A stretch of DNA of 64,000 nucleotides, taken from NCBI GenBank assembly GCA_037481815.1, contig JBBFKX010000001.1, positions 512,001-576,000 on the forward strand. The letters run 5' to 3'. This DNA is from a candidate division WOR-3 bacterium. Its GTDB lineage: Bacteria > Hydrothermota > 32-111. The notes under the pieces are model-generated. The model saw only the letters and a program-made list of their open reading frames with translations, was not told where the DNA came from and did no database searches. Made by a program: the position numbers and the translations under genes. Positions within the stretch are counted from its first letter, which is position 1, and the number at the start of each line of letters is the position of its first letter. Shown piece after piece: positions 62,195 through 64,000 of this stretch.

Positions 62195-62661
62195 CCTTCA
62201 CCTCCAAAACTTTTCTTCTTTTCAGAAATATGAACTTTTCCACCTTTTTGTTCTACAACTTCCTTTGCCTTTTGAGAACATTTTTCTACATATATTTCCA
62301 GTTTCTTTTCAAGATTACCATCACCTAAAAGTTTCACCGGTTTTTCAAGAGAAGATATCAAATTGTTCTCTTTTAGATTTTCCTTCCTTATGATATCACC
62401 ATCGTTGAATATGTTCAAATCTTCCACATTAACAACCTGATAAATTTTCTTGTTAAAATTTTTAAAACCTCTTTTTGGTATCCTTCTGATAAGGGGCATC
62501 TGACCACCTTCAAAACCCCATTTCGCAGAATAACCACTTCTTGCTTTTTGACCTTTTTCTCCCCTTCCAGCAGTTTTTCCATTACCACTCCCAGGGCCCT
62601 GTCCCTTTCTTTTTCTATCTTTTACTGCACCTTTTGGTGGATGTAATTCGTTCAACTTCAT
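62191..62661 (-). CDS. rplO: 50S ribosomal protein L15
   Basis: GKTAGRGEKGQ, FEGGQMP; start set at MKLNEL. Confidence 0.97.
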   Translation of the reverse strand: MKLNELHPPKGAVKDRKRKGQGPGSGNGKTAGRGEKGQKARSGYSAKWGFEGGQMPLIRRIPKRGFKNFNKKIYQVVNVEDLNIFNDGDIIRKENLKENNLISSLEKPVKLLGDGNLEKKLEIYVEKCSQKAKEVVEQKGGKVHISEKKKSFGGEG

Positions 62662-62662
62662 T

Positions 62663-62854
62663 TTAAACTCCATCTTTAATTTCTTCAACTTTTACAAGAT
62701 GTTTAACCTTTTCTATCATTCCTCTTATCGATGGTGTATCTTCTTTGATCACAGAATGATGAAGTTTTTTAAGACCTAAAGCTTTTATCGTTCTTTTCTG
62801 CGTTATATCGTAATCGATTTCACTTCTTATTTGAGTTATTTTCAATTTAGCCAT
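62663..62854 (-). CDS. rpmD: 50S ribosomal protein L30
   Basis: [26 protein letters not shown]. Confidence 0.96.
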   Translation of the reverse strand: MAKLKITQIRSEIDYDITQKRTIKALGLKKLHHSVIKEDTPSIRGMIEKVKHLVKVEEIKDGV

Positions 62855-63383
62855 TTACAACCTCCTTCTCAACATCTGAAACCTTGCCTTTTTTCATACT
62901 GTAAATCTCCTCAGGTGAGAGCACAGAAGTTATAGCGTTTAAAGTTGCTTTTGCTAAATTGACGGTTGTGTTTGAACCAAGAGATTTTGTCAATATGTTC
63001 CTTATACCTGCAAGTTCGAGAATATTTCTTACTATCTCGGTCGCTATAATTCCAGTTCCTTCAACAGCAGGTTTTAAGAGAATCTTTGATGCACCATGTT
63101 TACCGACAACTTCGTAAGGTATACTTCCATTTTCACTGTTTATATAAACTTTCACAATATTTTTTCTTGCTGCTTCAGTTGCTTTTTTTATAGCATCAGC
63201 TGTTTCTGTTGCTTTCCCGATTCCTATTCCAACATAACCATTTTTGTTACCAACAGCCACAAGTGCTCTGAGTTTAAATCTCCTTCCACCTTTCACAACT
63301 TTCGCAACCCTTTTTATATCCAGAACCGATTCTGTTAAATCTAAAGTTGTTAGATCGATTTTAGTTCTTAAATTCTTTTTCAC
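62847..63383 (-). CDS. rpsE: 30S ribosomal protein S5
   Basis: [18 protein letters not shown]. Confidence 0.97.
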   Translation of the reverse strand: MKKNLRTKIDLTTLDLTESVLDIKRVAKVVKGGRRFKLRALVAVGNKNGYVGIGIGKATETADAIKKATEAARKNIVKVYINSENGSIPYEVVGKHGASKILLKPAVEGTGIIATEIVRNILELAGIRNILTKSLGSNTTVNLAKATLNAITSVLSPEEIYSMKKGKVSDVEKEVVNG

Positions 63384-63398
63384 TTTTCCTCCAATTTT

Positions 63399-63761
63399 TT
63401 AAAAATCGAGTCCACTTTTTCTTGCACCATCGGCTAAACTTTTAACCCTTCCATGATATTTGTAACCATTTCTATCAAAAACGATCTGTTTTATACCCTT
63501 TTCAAGAGCTCTCTTTGCAAGTATTTCACCCACTTTAAACGCTTTCGCTTTTTTATCACCTTCAACTTTTGGAAAATCTTTATCAAGTGTTGAAGCGGAA
63601 CACAGAGTTACACCTTTTGAATCATCGATTATCTGAGCGTATATATGTTTCAAACTTCTAAAAACAACCAACCTTGGTCTTTTTGAATAAACAAGAATTT
63701 TCCCTTTTATTCTTCTGTGTCTTTTCTCTTTCTTGATTCTTTTTTCAATGTTCTTATCCAT
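63399..63761 (-). CDS. rplR: 50S ribosomal protein L18
   Basis: [21 protein letters not shown]. Confidence 0.98.
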   Translation of the reverse strand: MDKNIEKRIKKEKRHRRIKGKILVYSKRPRLVVFRSLKHIYAQIIDDSKGVTLCSASTLDKDFPKVEGDKKAKAFKVGEILAKRALEKGIKQIVFDRNGYKYHGRVKSLADGARKSGLDF

Positions 63762-63763
63762 TT

Positions 63764-64000
63764 TTATACTCCAGTCTTTCTCTCTTTCTTTCTAACTTTT
63801 TCGCCTTTATATTTTATACCTTTACTTATATATGGTTCCCATTTTCTTAATTTTTTAATTTTATCCGAAATTAGTCCTACAACCTGTTTATCTATTCCTG
63901 AAACTATTACTCTCTTCTCTTCTGGAACTTCAAATTTTATACCTTCAACCGCCTGAATCGTTATCGGATGAGAAAATCCTAAGGAGAGTTTTAAATTCTT
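63764..64000 (-). CDS. rplF: 50S ribosomal protein L6 (C-terminal part, truncated by window)
   Basis: Hand translation [12 protein letters not shown]...[10 protein letters not shown]...RKKERKTGV*. Confidence 0.93.
   Translation of the reverse strand, partial: KNLKLSLGFSHPITIQAVEGIKFEVPEEKRVIVSGIDKQVVGLISDKIKKLRKWEPYISKGIKYKGEKVRKKERKTGV

Noticed and set aside
1308..63956. Many short antisense or alternate-frame ORFs in the track (e.g. 1308-1667, 18060-18512, 46848-47288, 47824-48330, 48667-49083)
   Set aside because: They are shadows of well-supported genes on the other strand or frame, with no recognisable motifs or RBS
1..64000. CRISPR array, IS element, prophage, rRNA or recoded stop codons
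   Set aside because: No regularly spaced repeats, transposase, phage genes or rRNA seen; conserved genes end normally at TAA/TAG/TGA

Overview
AT-rich bacterial chromosomal window with almost all genes on the minus strand. The right half holds the core translation/transcription clusters: the end of spc-alpha (rplF to rplQ), tRNA-Thr/Tyr/Gly/Thr-tuf-rpmG-tRNA-Trp-secE-nusG-rplKAJL-rpoBC-rpsLG-fusA, and a six-gene glycan block between them. The left half holds a coupled hutHUI-TPR-ExeA-TPR-ExeA-PHP-apgM-era operon, an ArsR metal(loid) resistance operon, a type IV pilin locus, a Ser/Thr kinase(PEGA)-TPR-lipoprotein-sigma54 activator-ftcD operon, and a J-domain/roadblock/comEC operon. I saw no mobile element, CRISPR array or rRNA. 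The most notable observations are: (1) a very aromatic-rich pilin behind a sigma54-like promoter, divergent from a polytopic membrane protein that carries an internal prepilin cleavage motif; (2) a duplicated TPR+ExeA-ATPase module with an SgmX-like C-terminus, plus an orphan roadblock protein, hinting at a myxobacteria-like pilus polarity system; (3) a str-operon EF-G with degenerate domain IV loops directly behind a terminator; (4) a tuf gene with atypical codon usage; (5) repeated leaderless-type promoters. All family calls come from motif recognition by eye; no searches were run.
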